The notes under the pieces were generated by a model. It searched no databases. It had not been told where the DNA came from and was given only the letters and a program-made list of their open reading frames with translations. Of a DNA stretch of 64,000 bases, positions 1 through 11,588 are shown piece after piece; the stretch's first letter is position 1; every line of letters begins with the position of its first letter. The translations under genes and the position numbers were made by a program. The stretch comes from Pecten maximus (Eukaryota), in assembly GCF_902652985.1 (NCBI RefSeq), contig NC_047031.1, forward strand, positions 16,306,001 to 16,370,000, read 5' to 3'.

Positions 1-222
1 AGGCAGATACATTCTAAGAATGTTATTATAAATTTCAATTTTACATCAGCTTCTTCACGACATGGGTATTTATGATAACTAAGATACATTCTAAGAAGAG
101 AATCGGTCGAGTAAAGTACCTTTAGACTTTACATCGGCTACTTCACAACAAAGTTTTAAGATAATATAGGTACATTGTACATAATATGTAGGTATATTGT
201 GGGTAAAGTATCGATTGAGTAC

Positions 223-2459
223 CTTTAGACATCATGTCGTTGAACTTTGACTGGTCCTGACTGACCCGCTGTAGACACTTGCCATATTCCTGTTTGTATT
301 TGTTGACATCCTCCTGTACCTGGAGACCACAGATTAAGATAATTTACAACATGTTTGGTTTAACTCGCATCAACCCAAATCTATTTTATATAAATGAATG
401 TCCTTGTTTATGAAAGTTAGAAGTTGAGAGGTGAAGATCATTGTTATCAATCCAACTCAAAATTAAATTCAAATTTCCACCTTCAGTTTTATCCAAAAAG
501 AATTTTTAAAAAATATCAATGGTTTCTTCATTAAGGTAATTTGTAATTAATAAAGTGAATAATATTGAAACATTTTCCTACATTTTTTTTAATAAATGTT
601 GACTTGTAACTAATTTATACCTATATAATATTAACAGTAAATTGCCATGTTGTATATGCAGCATGCCTCTTTGTAATACACTGATCAGAACACCTCGCCC
701 TGATTCCATAACATTTTATGAAAGGTTAGACAACAGTGGGGAAATGCCCGAGGTGTTCCAAGTATATGTCATCATTTCTCAGTTTTATGCGTAATATATG
801 CGCCCAGTAATATAAATGTGTCTGTAGGTGTTTGTATATGTAGGTGTTTGTAGGTGTTTGTACCTTTGTGAACTCCAGGTCCAGTTTGCTGCGTTCCTCC
901 TGATATTGACGCCTGGTGGCCTTTTTTTCGATGATGAGGTTGGTCAGTTTCTCCATTGTCTTGGACGACATTTCTTCCACATTCTGTTTGAGCAGTTTTA
1001 CAAATCGGTCTGTTTGTCTAACAATGGTATCCCAGCCCTGGATGAAGAAATGTATTTCATAATATAATAGATATAATGATAATTTGAAGTTTTATATACC
1101 ACTATATCATAACAGCAAAATATCCATCACAAAGCAGTTCACGAATTACTATCCATGGTTGTTGGTCCTTTTACAAACAGACTTTGTCTTTCTTAACTCC
1201 TTGTTGAGCATACAGCCAGTGCTGCCATTTTGGCACTAAAAGCTTACACACAATGGTTTTTTGCACTGCCCTACCACATACTCATTTACAGCAGAGTTGA
1301 CAGGAACACAACAGAGTAAAGTATCTTATTCAAGGAAACAACACAGCGCCCGTGCTGGCACTCGAACTAGCAACCCTTCGATCACAGCCCTACCACTAGA
1401 CCATAGTGCCGCTAGGTATTATATAGGCATTGAAATCTGTATTCACACTTTTTATGACATTCAGAATGATGTATGGTATCTGATCAGAATATTTTTATGT
1501 AGAAAGCACAGGATCAATTTAAATTACACTGAAAAATGCTAAATCTGACCCCTAATAACTCTGAAATCATGTGTAATCTGCACCAATTGTATTCTAAACT
1601 GCTGTCTAATCTGATCCCTGAGTATCCTGACATCCTGTTTAATCTGACCCCTAATTATTGTGGCATACTGTCTTATCTGACTCCTAAGTATGGTGGCATC
1701 CTGTTTAATCTGACCCCTAAGTATGGTGGCATCCTGTTTAATCTGACCCCTAAGTATGGTGGCATCCTGTCTAATCTGATCCCTGAGTATCCTGACATCC
1801 TGTTTAATCTGACCCCTAATTATTGTGGCATACTGTCTTATCTGACCCCTAAGAATTATGACATCCTGTATAATCTGACCGATGAGAGTTCTGACATCCT
1901 GTCTAAAATGCCCCCTTAATACTGTGACATCTTGTCTAATCGGACCCCCGAGTATTCTGGTATCCTGTTTAATCTGACCCCAAAACATTCTGACACCCTC
2001 TCTTCTCCGACGTCTGAATATTCAGACATCCTGATTTGTCTGACCTGAGTATTGCGACATTCTCACTCCCTCATTTTAGTATTAAAGTCTGTGGAGGGAT
2101 CATTAAAAATTTTGTGAATAAGACTTTAAACTTTGATTCAGTAATTTCAAAATTGATGATACTGCTAAAAGCAAGAAGGATCTTTTTTAGGAAGGGGCTT
2201 ATTTGTGTGTAATTAGAGTAATTTCCATAGATATCCAATATCATACCTTGAATACAGAACTGTGAGCCTGAAATTCATTGGCGTCCAGTTTCTGAGCACT
2301 TTGTACAATGGTGTTGAGTGATGCTGCATATTTCTTATCACTGTCGATACGCACGGCTAGGCACCGTTTGATGTTGTCAAGGACTCGAATCTCACAGTCC
2401 TGGATACGGAGAAGGGACTCGTGGGATTCCTTCCCTTGGAAGTCCGTCCCAAAACCCAT
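223..2459 (-). CDS. FER: FER/FES-family tyrosine kinase, first three coding exons (F-BAR/FCH region); gene continues beyond the left edge
   Basis: Exons 2459-2247 (MGFGTDFQGKESHESLLRIQDCEIRVLDNIKRCLAVRIDSDKKYAASL...VFK), 1037-864 (GWDTIVRQTDRF...LDLEFTK, 174 nt) and 319-223 (VQEDVNKYKQEYGKC...MMSKG). All have GT-AG boundaries and consistent phases 0/0/1. Resembles the vertebrate FER N-terminus (MGFGSDL..SHEAVLKLQDWELRLLE...RIKSDKEYA). Confidence 0.93.
1195..1412 (-). mobile_element. tRNA-derived SINE remnant (CORE plus Deu/Nin-like body)
   Basis: Reverse strand shows a tRNA-like head (TGGTCTAGTGGT...GGTTGCTAGTTCGAG) followed by CTGCTGTAAATGAGTA...ATGGCAGC...GGCTGTATGCTC. Related to 24820-25150. 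Confidence 0.6.
1540..2062. repeat. 33-bp tandem repeat in a FER intron
   Basis: Unit approximately AATCTGACCCCTAAGTATGGTGGCATCCTGTTT, about 15 copies, decaying at both ends. Confidence 0.9.
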
Positions 2460-3780
2460 CGCTCTGTAGAAAGGAAAAAAATATTACTAAATCATGATGA
2501 CATTGGTCTTTTTTGTATTTTTGATAATATCACAAATCTATATTTAATGGTTTTTATGCACTGAATCAAATTTGAATTTAGAACTAATTGATTTTGTAAC
2601 AGATAATTGATAATCATAATAATTATCTATTTTTTATTTATTTTTTTATTATAACTGATAAATAATTGAAGATAAAAAGCTTAAGTAGCAAGTCAGATAT
2701 GGATATTCATAACTAAAGGGAAATATCAATTGTTTTGTGTATTGATGAGATGAGGCCAGAAAAATTCAAGACTGGTAAAAACTACAAGCAAATACATTGA
2801 TATGCTAATAAAGTATAATTAATACAATGAAAGTGCAAAAAAAAGTCAACAAAGAAACAACTTAACCCCATGCAAATCCCAATTAAAGTCTGTGAAAAAA
2901 TGTTCTATACATCCAGCTTATTACAAAATTGATAATTTATAAATAATTCATGTTCAACTGATAATCACTTGATTTTCCAAATGGTTTTGAACTAAGACAA
3001 AAAGCTTTGTTGCTGTTTTAATACATTTAAAATATATTTAAGCATTAAAAAGATTTCCAGATGCTAGTAATAAGTGGCTGTGTGGTTAAAAGGACACTAC
3101 GACATACAATCTCAACTATTTAGTTTTCTCATGAAATAGGATTTGTATATATGCTTCTGAAATACAGTGATATACATAATTCTGTGTACATGTAAATGTA
3201 TATTTTTACATGTTAATATATACATGGTATACATATACATGTACATGGAATTATGTATATTATCATTAACCTGAAACATAATAATAACACGCCCGAGGTG
3301 TAATCTAATAATTTACTATCTTGGTATAGTTTTGATCAAAATCCTGAAAGAAATCTAGTTGACTTCATCATGATTAAATGATAATGAGACTGAGAAAATA
3401 AAACATTTATATCGACTCGCCTCTTCTCCAATATGGGGGTACTGCAGGTATTATTTCATCCTAATATCTAATACTATCCTTAAATAAGGCCCCCTCCATG
3501 GTGTTAAATTATAGTATTAAAGTTCGGGGAGGGCTTATTTGTGAAATACTTTAAGCTTATTATTTTGAAAGTGACGATTTGTGATAATGTAGAAGGGACT
3601 TATGTGTGGACAGGGCTAATTTGCCGATGAATACAGTATTACATTCACTTTCCATCATAAAACATTTCATTCATAAAAACAAAATATGTGTTCTTTTCGT
3701 ATATAAAAATATACCTAATTAAATTTAAAGCGACACAAATACAAAATAGATAAAGATTGATAATACAATAATTAAGTGAC

Positions 3781-4079
3781 CTGATTTTTCCATACGCTGA
3801 ATCTCCCGTAAATGACACACCCGTAAAGTCAAATATAGTCGACAGATCATGAATAGGCATATTTTCATCTTGAATATGCAAATCAGAACTGTTCTCATGA
3901 ATATTCATATCATGTTGGTCATCAACATCTATTTCTTGATAAATATTCCTGCCAGTACTTCTTTTGCTGATGGTATCGGATGTATCTGGCGCCATTTTGA
4001 TCTTTGAGGAATCCTCCATTTTAAGACTGTCAGCTGCTGTATCAGGGATGTCAATATACCACGTACTTAAAGCAGACAT
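3781..4079 (-). CDS. Candidate alternative upstream coding exon giving FER an acidic N-terminal extension of about 100 aa
   Basis: ORF MSALSTWYIDIPD...SAYGKI ends at AG|GTCACT (phase 2). The FER acceptor at 2463 supplies A GCG ATG, restoring frame (R-A-M-G-F-G). The donor is weak. Confidence 0.45.
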
Positions 4080-4889
4080 TTTTGTCCTGTCATGGCCGTA
4101 TCAACATCTTCTTCAACTTTATCTGGTAGATTGCTAAATCTCCAGTTGGTCACGTCAAAAATTTGCTCAGAATTTACTTGAAGTCAACAAATCAAGCTCA
4201 GTTACGTATACAGATATCACTGTATGAACTAGTACTGTATGACATATTCTGTTATCACTGAAAAAGAAATCGCTAACAGGAGTTCATCAATACGTCACTT
4301 TCCACCATCATCATATAAACAGTTTTTTTTACATCATTTCAACAAAATTTCAAACAAATGAAAAGATTGATACACACGTGCACTTGTGCAGTGAAAATAA
4401 AGTACTGTTAATATATGTCCAATGTATTAGCTGTGAAACGCACATCAATATTCTAGAAGAAGAATTTCAATTTTTCACAAAACAATTCTGAAAGTATTAT
4501 CCTGTTAATTAGTCCCCATCACATTCTTATGATGATCCAACAATCCACTAGAAAATGTTCTCAAATCCTTCAGAAAGTGTAAATCCCTTTGAGGACATAT
4601 ATATTAACTCAATTAAATGTTTATGTGTAATATTATCATGATATTAAACGAGAAATCTGCTGTACTATAAATATTTCCCTGATCATTTTATCTGTGATTT
4701 CATCTAGCAGATGATAACAATGAGTTTATCATTACTATTGTTCTATCACATTATCTACACTAGATCTACACTAGTGGCTGTTTGTAGGGCCATGTTACAA
4801 ATCAATATTGACAGGAAATCTGTAAACCTATAGAATTAGATAATTATAACTGTTATAAACACCATTGTATAGAATAATAAACGTTCAAT

Positions 4890-6903
4890 ATCTGTCCTAA
4901 CTCTATATACTAATTTGTTGATGTCTCTGTCCTAACTCTATATACTAGTTTGTTGATGTCTCTGTCCTAACTCTATATACTAGTTTGTTGATGTCCCTGT
5001 CCTAACTCTATATACTAGTTTGTTGATGTCTCTGTCCTAACTCTATATACTAGTTTGTTGATGTCTCTATCCTAACTCTATATACTAGTTTGTTGATGTC
5101 TCTGTCCTAACTCTATATACTAGTTTGTTGGTGTCTCTGTCCTAACTCTATATACTAGTTTGTTGATGCCCCTGTCCTAACTCTATATACTAGTTTGTTG
5201 ATGTCTCTGTCCTAACTCTATATACTAGTTTGTTGATGTCTCTGTCCTAACTCTATATACTAGTTTGTTGATGTCTCTGTCCTAACTCTATATACTAGTT
5301 TGTTGATGCCCCTGTCCTAACTCTATATACTAGTTTGTTGATGCCCCTGTCCTAACTCTATATACTAGTTTGTTGATGTCTCTGTCCTAACTCTATATAC
5401 TAGTTTGTTGATGTCCCTGTCCTAACTCTATATACTAGTTTGTTGATGTCTCTGTCCTAACTCTATATACTAGTTTGTTGATGTCTCTGTCCTAACTCTA
5501 TATACTAGTTTGTTGATGTCTCTGTCCTAACTCTATATACTAGTTTGTTGGTGTCTCTGTCCTAACTCTATATACTAGTTTGTTGATGTCTCTGTCCTAA
5601 CTCTATGTACTTGTTTGTTGATGTCTCTGTCCTAACTCTATATACTAGTTTGTTGATGTCTCTGTCCTAACTCTATATACTAGTTTGTTGATGTCTCTGT
5701 CCTAACTCTATATACTAGTTTGTTGATGTCTAGCTCTGTCCTAACTCTATATACTAGTTTGTTGATGTCTCTGTCCTAACTCTATATACTAGTTTGTTGA
5801 TGTCTCTGTCCTAACTCTATATACTAGTTTGTTGATGTCTAGCTCTGTCCTAACTCTATATACTAGTTTGTTGATGTCTCTGTCCTAACTCTATATACTA
5901 GTTTGTTGATGTCTCTGTCCTAACTCTATATACTAGTTTGTTGATGTCTCTGTCCTAACTCTATATACTAGTTTGTTGATGTCCCTGTCCTAACTCTATA
6001 TACTAGTTTGTTGATGTCTCTGTCCTAACTCTATATACTAGTTTGTTGATGTCTCTGTCCTAACTCTATATACTAGTTTGTTGATGTCTCTGTCCTAACT
6101 CTATATACTATTTTGTTGATGTCTCTGTCCTAACTCTATATACTAGTTTGTTGATGTCTCTGTCCTAACTCTATATACTAGTTTGTTGATGTTTCTGTCC
6201 TAACTCTATATACTAGTTTGTTGATGTCTCTGTCCTAACTCTATATACTAGTTTGTTGATGTCTCTGTCCTAACTCTATATACTAGTTTGTTGATGTCCC
6301 TGTCCTAACTCTATATACTAGTTTGTTGATGTCCGTGTCCTAACTCTATATACTAGTTTGTTGATGTCTCTGTCCTAACTCTATATACTAGTTTGTTGAT
6401 GTCTCTGTCCTAACTCTATATACTAGTTTGTTGATGTCTCTGTCCTAACTCTATATACTAGTTTGTTGATGTCTCTGTCCTAACTCTATATACTAGTTTG
6501 TTGATGTCCCTGTCCTAACTCTATATACTAGTTTGTTGATGTCCGTGTCCTAACTCTATATACTAGTTTGTTGATGTCTCTGTCCTAACTCTATATACTA
6601 GTTTGTTGATGTCTCTGTCCTAACTCTATATACTAGTTTGTTGATGTCTGTGTCCTAACTCTATATACTAGTTTGTTGACGTCTCTGTCCTAACTCTATA
6701 TACTAGTTTGTTGACGTCTGTGTCCTAACTCTATATACTAGTTTGTTGACGTCTCTGTCCTAACTCTATATACTAGTTTGTTGACGTCTCTGTCCTAACT
6801 CTATATACTAGTTTGTTGATGTCTAGCTCTGTCCTAACTCTATGTACTAATTTGTTGATGTCTCTGTCCTAACTCTATATACTAGTTTGTTGATGTCTCT
6901 GTC
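4890..6903. repeat. 35-bp homogeneous minisatellite (about 57 copies)
   Basis: Unit CTCTGTCCTAACTCTATATACTAGTTTGTTGATGT. Confidence 0.97.
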
Positions 6904-6909
6904 AGAGCG

Positions 6910-7105
6910 AGCTTATCATGATCACCAGACAAGGACTTATTGTTATACAGGGACTTTTTATTATCAGACCTGAATTTGCTGTCAGACATTGTCTTATTAC
7001 CAGACATGGACTACTGGTTAGACATATGCATGGGCTTATTACCAGGCATTTACTTATTACCAGACATGGGCTTATTATCAGACACAAACTCATTATCAGA
7101 CAATA
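6910..7105. repeat. Degenerate 18-bp tandem repeat
   Basis: Units like GGCTTATTACCAGACATG abut the 35-bp array. Confidence 0.7.
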
Positions 7106-10100
7106 TAAATGTATAAATAAAATTTGTATACAGTAAAGTACATGTATGTATGGAACATAATTTGTGTACATAACAGTATACATATAACAACCTACATGTA
7201 CAGCTAAAGTAGTAAATAACATCTTATTACATAAATATAAAAGAAATTTTTCAATTCGTAATTATAACAAGAATGTCAAAATTTATCAAACCTCAAGACA
7301 GACTATACCACTTACATATTTTGATAATCTACCATAAAATAATAATTTTCAACAGTAATTATAAAACTAAAGTTGGAATTACAATCAAAGTCTATTTTAA
7401 GTTCTCATGAACAGCACTATGCATTATGTACAACATATGGAACTTGAAAGTTTGTTTGATCCCTAATTAGATTAATTAATGGACATAAATGAAAGCTAGT
7501 AATTGCAATCTTATCTGAAATATTGAAATTCATATCTATGTACAACATGTACAATATGTAACCCAGTGTGCGTTAACATTATCAAGTAATATTCCGGAGT
7601 TCTAAGGTCAAGTTACAATTCACAATTCTCTGACCGAGTCAACCCATGGCCAGTTCCAACAAGTATCAACAGCTTATATTTTGAACCTGCTACAGTTTAC
7701 ATTTGGGTTTTTTTTTTTAATATCTTCTTTGATTAATAATATTGATATGCAAAAATATGACAAGTTTAAATATTATCAGGATATGGTCACTTCATTTAAT
7801 TTATAATCTCAATGGAACATCACTGACCAAAATTTTATTTTCTGGTATTAATTATAAGCTAACAACTTAAAGCTTGAAACAATTTAACTCCAAATTCATC
7901 TAGAAGCATGGACAATGTATGTAACTAAGATAGCTTCAGAAAAGGTGTGAAAGGTTACCAGCAAACTTTATTTCCAAATTCCAAAAACTGAAATAACAAA
8001 AAATAATAAAGTACCAGTAACCAAAAATTAAAAAGAAACAATAATAGTAAAATTTTAAAGATTTACAAAGAACGAAACTTAACCTGAAGATATTTTAAAG
8101 CTGACAAATCTTTAGGAAGTGAGCGGAGATAATCTGATTCCATATCGGACAGTTGTGTCAGGTCTAGGGGTTACCAGTTAATTATAGATGAATGTAAATT
8201 TTGATTGGTACAAATGATACGATGTTCATACAACCCTAAATGATTTGGATAATGAAGACAGAAATGACTTCAGACTTGTCATCCCGATTCAGTTGAGAAA
8301 TGGTATCTGAACTACGAAAGGTAAGGTATATATATTATGTAGAGTTTGAGACCTGGGGTTTACATTCCTATGAAATGACACCCATATGCATTGGGTCAAT
8401 CGTCCAGACCGGTCAGTGTGATGTACTTATGTATATATACCGGTCAGCAGTACATGTAGGGTCTCAGGGCATCCAGTTGACCTTTGACTTTAAACAATTT
8501 CAGGAGTCAAATCACTTGGCCTATGTATTTCTCAGAAATCTGAAGGGTCAATACTGTATACATATACATGTCTTCATTCTCAAGAGTCAGATCTCATTTT
8601 GGGGATTCAAAACATAGCTGCAAAAATGTAGCTCTGGACATTGGCCGGACGATTTCTGCCGGAGCATATATATAGAGAATACATGGACAGTGTCTTAAAA
8701 TATAAGCTGTATTCTGGCGAGGGTAAAGAAAGACAAAAGTGGCGAGCCTTGGCAAGCCAGTACTGTTGTCTTTCTGTCCCGAGCCAAAAATACAGCATAA
8801 ATTTCAAGACACTCACACGGACAATGTATTCCATTTATCCTGCAACAGTCATCAAAAATAATCATTTTGAAGTGAAACGGTGTCAAAAATGATAGAAATA
8901 TGTTCGCCTTTTAAACAGTACAATGTAATTGTTTCACTTTGAAGTAGGTCAGTCGAATTGACGCCCGTACGGCTAAGATTCCAAAATACAGCTGATTTCC
9001 GTCACTGCCGTATACAGCAAAAATATATATATTGGGTGTTTTCCGACAATGCGGTGGCAGTTGCAGGATAAATAGTGTTGGCGGGTTATGAATATTTCTT
9101 ATTTCAAAACATACTCTAAAGGGTCTACTTTTAATCTGGGATATTGTCTTTACCAATAACGATGAACATTCCCTGGCTGTCACTCTCATGCACACTGTTT
9201 TTTATATTGTATGTCTACATGCTGCAGTCATCATAGAATTTTTTTTTTTCAAATCACAGTTGCTTTTTTCAGAAAATTTATATTGTGGTTTTCATCAAGA
9301 ATTCATTTCCATAGTAAAAAAAATAATTGTGATGAGGTAATATTTTGTTTACAACCTCAAAATTGGAATCAAACTCTTAAAACGAAGCAGTGTTGTCTTC
9401 AAAAGACAAAATTGTAACATGGGTAGGGTTATAATTAGTCCATGGGGAGATCAGGGAGCATGCACAAGCAGGTTGGTGGTGGAGTCAGGTACACGAATGG
9501 AGGCGGACATATCAACCCTGGCGTTAAATTTGTTAGTTTTGGTCTGGCTTAAGGAAATATAATATATATATAAAAAATAAAATATATATATTATATAAAA
9601 AATGAAACATATATATATATTATATATAAAAAAAAATATATAGAACATATTTAATATATGCTACCAAATTTCCCTCAATAGAAACACTAAATACGAGTTA
9701 ATATCAAGCTGTTGTATCTATATATTACAGTATAAAGTTCCTGCAAACTTTTAGTTAAAGTTGTATGTGTATCAATATGTATCAGTGTATTAGCATAATC
9801 ATTGGTACCCATATAGCAATTGAATATTACAAATTAACATATAGAACACAATGAAACTACTATCGATTACTGACAACGAGCATCTATCAAAATTCAAAAT
9901 TTCATATATGAATTTCATAAGAAAAATTAGGGAAGGTAGATATATTGAAGGGGGATTTTTTTTTTAAATAGTTTAAACCTGAGGTTTGATCGTAAACAAG
10001 GAATCTGACTCAAATAGTCGGATAATCTTTCCTTGAAAATGGAATGGAACGATAGAATCATAGGGCTGGTTATGGGTTAGTCAAAACAAGTAGTTTTCTT

Positions 10101-10189
10101 ACATTTATTACATATATCGTAAATATTGGCTTTATAAAATGAAATCAATAATTTTTTTAATTAATTTTAATATTTCTTAGTAATATTAT

Positions 10190-10620
10190 TTCTTTACACT
10201 GGGGAGGGACTTATTTTAGGATAAATAGAGTACTTATTTTTTACACTAAGGGAGGGGGCATTTTTGAAGATAAATATGGTGATGAACTTTTAAACTAGGG
10301 GATCTCGAGGGGGCTAACTTGAAAATAGATAGGGTGCTGAACTTTCAAACAAGGGGAGAGGGTTTATTTGAAGATAAATATGGTACTAAACTTTTACACT
10401 AGGCGAGGAGGTTTGTTTGAGGATGAATAAGGTACTAAGCTTTTAAACCAGGGGAAGGGACTTATTTGAGGATAAATATGGTACTAAACTTTTACACTAG
10501 GCGAGGAGGTTTGTTTGAGGATGAATAAGGTACTAAACTTTTACACCAGGGGAAAGGGCTTATCTAGGATAAATACGGTTCTAGTATTTTAAACTACAGA
10601 AAAGGTTTATGTGAGGATAG
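10190..10620. repeat. Tandem array of ~50-60-bp units resembling a MITE terminus
   Basis: Repeated TTTTACACTAGGGGA..GG.CTTATTTGAGGATAAATA(C/T)GGTA. Confidence 0.75.
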
Positions 10621-11104
10621 ATAAGATAGGTCAAAAATATGTAACAAAAACACTTTGAATGTTTGTTTCCTGTTACCCTAGAGCTACTAGTGTCAATATT
10701 CCGAGTCATATTGTGCCTGTCCAAAACTAAACAGACACAATAAAAGTCATAATAACCCTACGCCTCTATTATCATCCCTTAAAATGTATGTCTTATACCA
10801 TTATATAAAGCACTAAATGTTAAGCCTTTGAACTATACGTTCAGAAAAAATATCAAAATTACTTATTATTGATATAAGTAATAAGATAAAATTGTAGGCA
10901 AACAGCAAGAACCCATCCTTGAATGTTGCAGAAGAAATTGGCTGAATATTATATCCACAAACATTTCAAGCAATTAACAGAACGGAATACTAAGATGTAT
11001 ACTGGGCATGTATTTTAATTCCGCAAACGATTTTAAGTTAAATTTAAGCAAATGTTGAAATTTATTAAGAAGATAAGTGGATGCCCTGATAGCATGTCAA
11101 TGAT

Positions 11105-11588
11105 CATCTTCGCTAGCCAAGGCTTCTGATTAGGTTACACTCCACAAACCCTTGGCAGATATAGGCGTCAGTTCTGGCCCTCTAGCGGTGATTCGAAATT
11201 ACCACCCTTCACGCATGAAATTTTCGACCAATTAAAACAAGCGTTACCGATTTACTTCATCGGTGATGTTTACAAACACACATCGAGGTTTGGTGTCATT
11301 TCGATGAGATATGTGATCAATGACTTATATGAATTGATCAAACACTGCGAATGTTCCCCCAAAGATTGTGATTTTTGTATTTAGGTAATATAAAATGCCA
11401 TGACATAGTCGGCAATGTAGCTCTGTACTGGGTGCCGCATTTTTTGTTTACTGCGAAACCAAGCCAGAATGTAAAACGCGATTTAATTGGGTGCCCTGGG
11501 ATTCCAGGGCGCGACGGTTTGAACACGACTATATCCGCCAAGGGTTCGTGGAGTGTAACGTAATCAGAAGCCTTGGCTAGCGAAGATG
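11105..11588. mobile_element. Non-autonomous DNA transposon (MITE) with ~60-bp TIRs and 9-bp TSD
   Basis: TIR CATCTTCGCTAGCCAAGGCTTCTGATT... mirrored by ...AATCAGAAGCCTTGGCTAGCGAAGATG. Perfect TSD GTCAATGAT at 11096-11104 and 11589-11597. Confidence 0.9.

Noticed and set aside
1536-1988. Repetitive ORFs on both strands (NLTPKYGGILF / GQIKQDATILR)
   Set aside because: By-products of a 33-bp intronic minisatellite, with no splice support.
4890-6903. CRISPR-like regular 35-bp repeats (also the 40-bp palindromic array at 57.7-60.5 kb)
   Set aside because: No unique spacers, no cas genes and a eukaryotic context; these are plain tandem repeats.
8300-9648. Cluster of short ORFs in the FER 5' region
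   Set aside because: No recognisable motifs or consistent splice chain; possibly UTR or alternative-promoter sequence.
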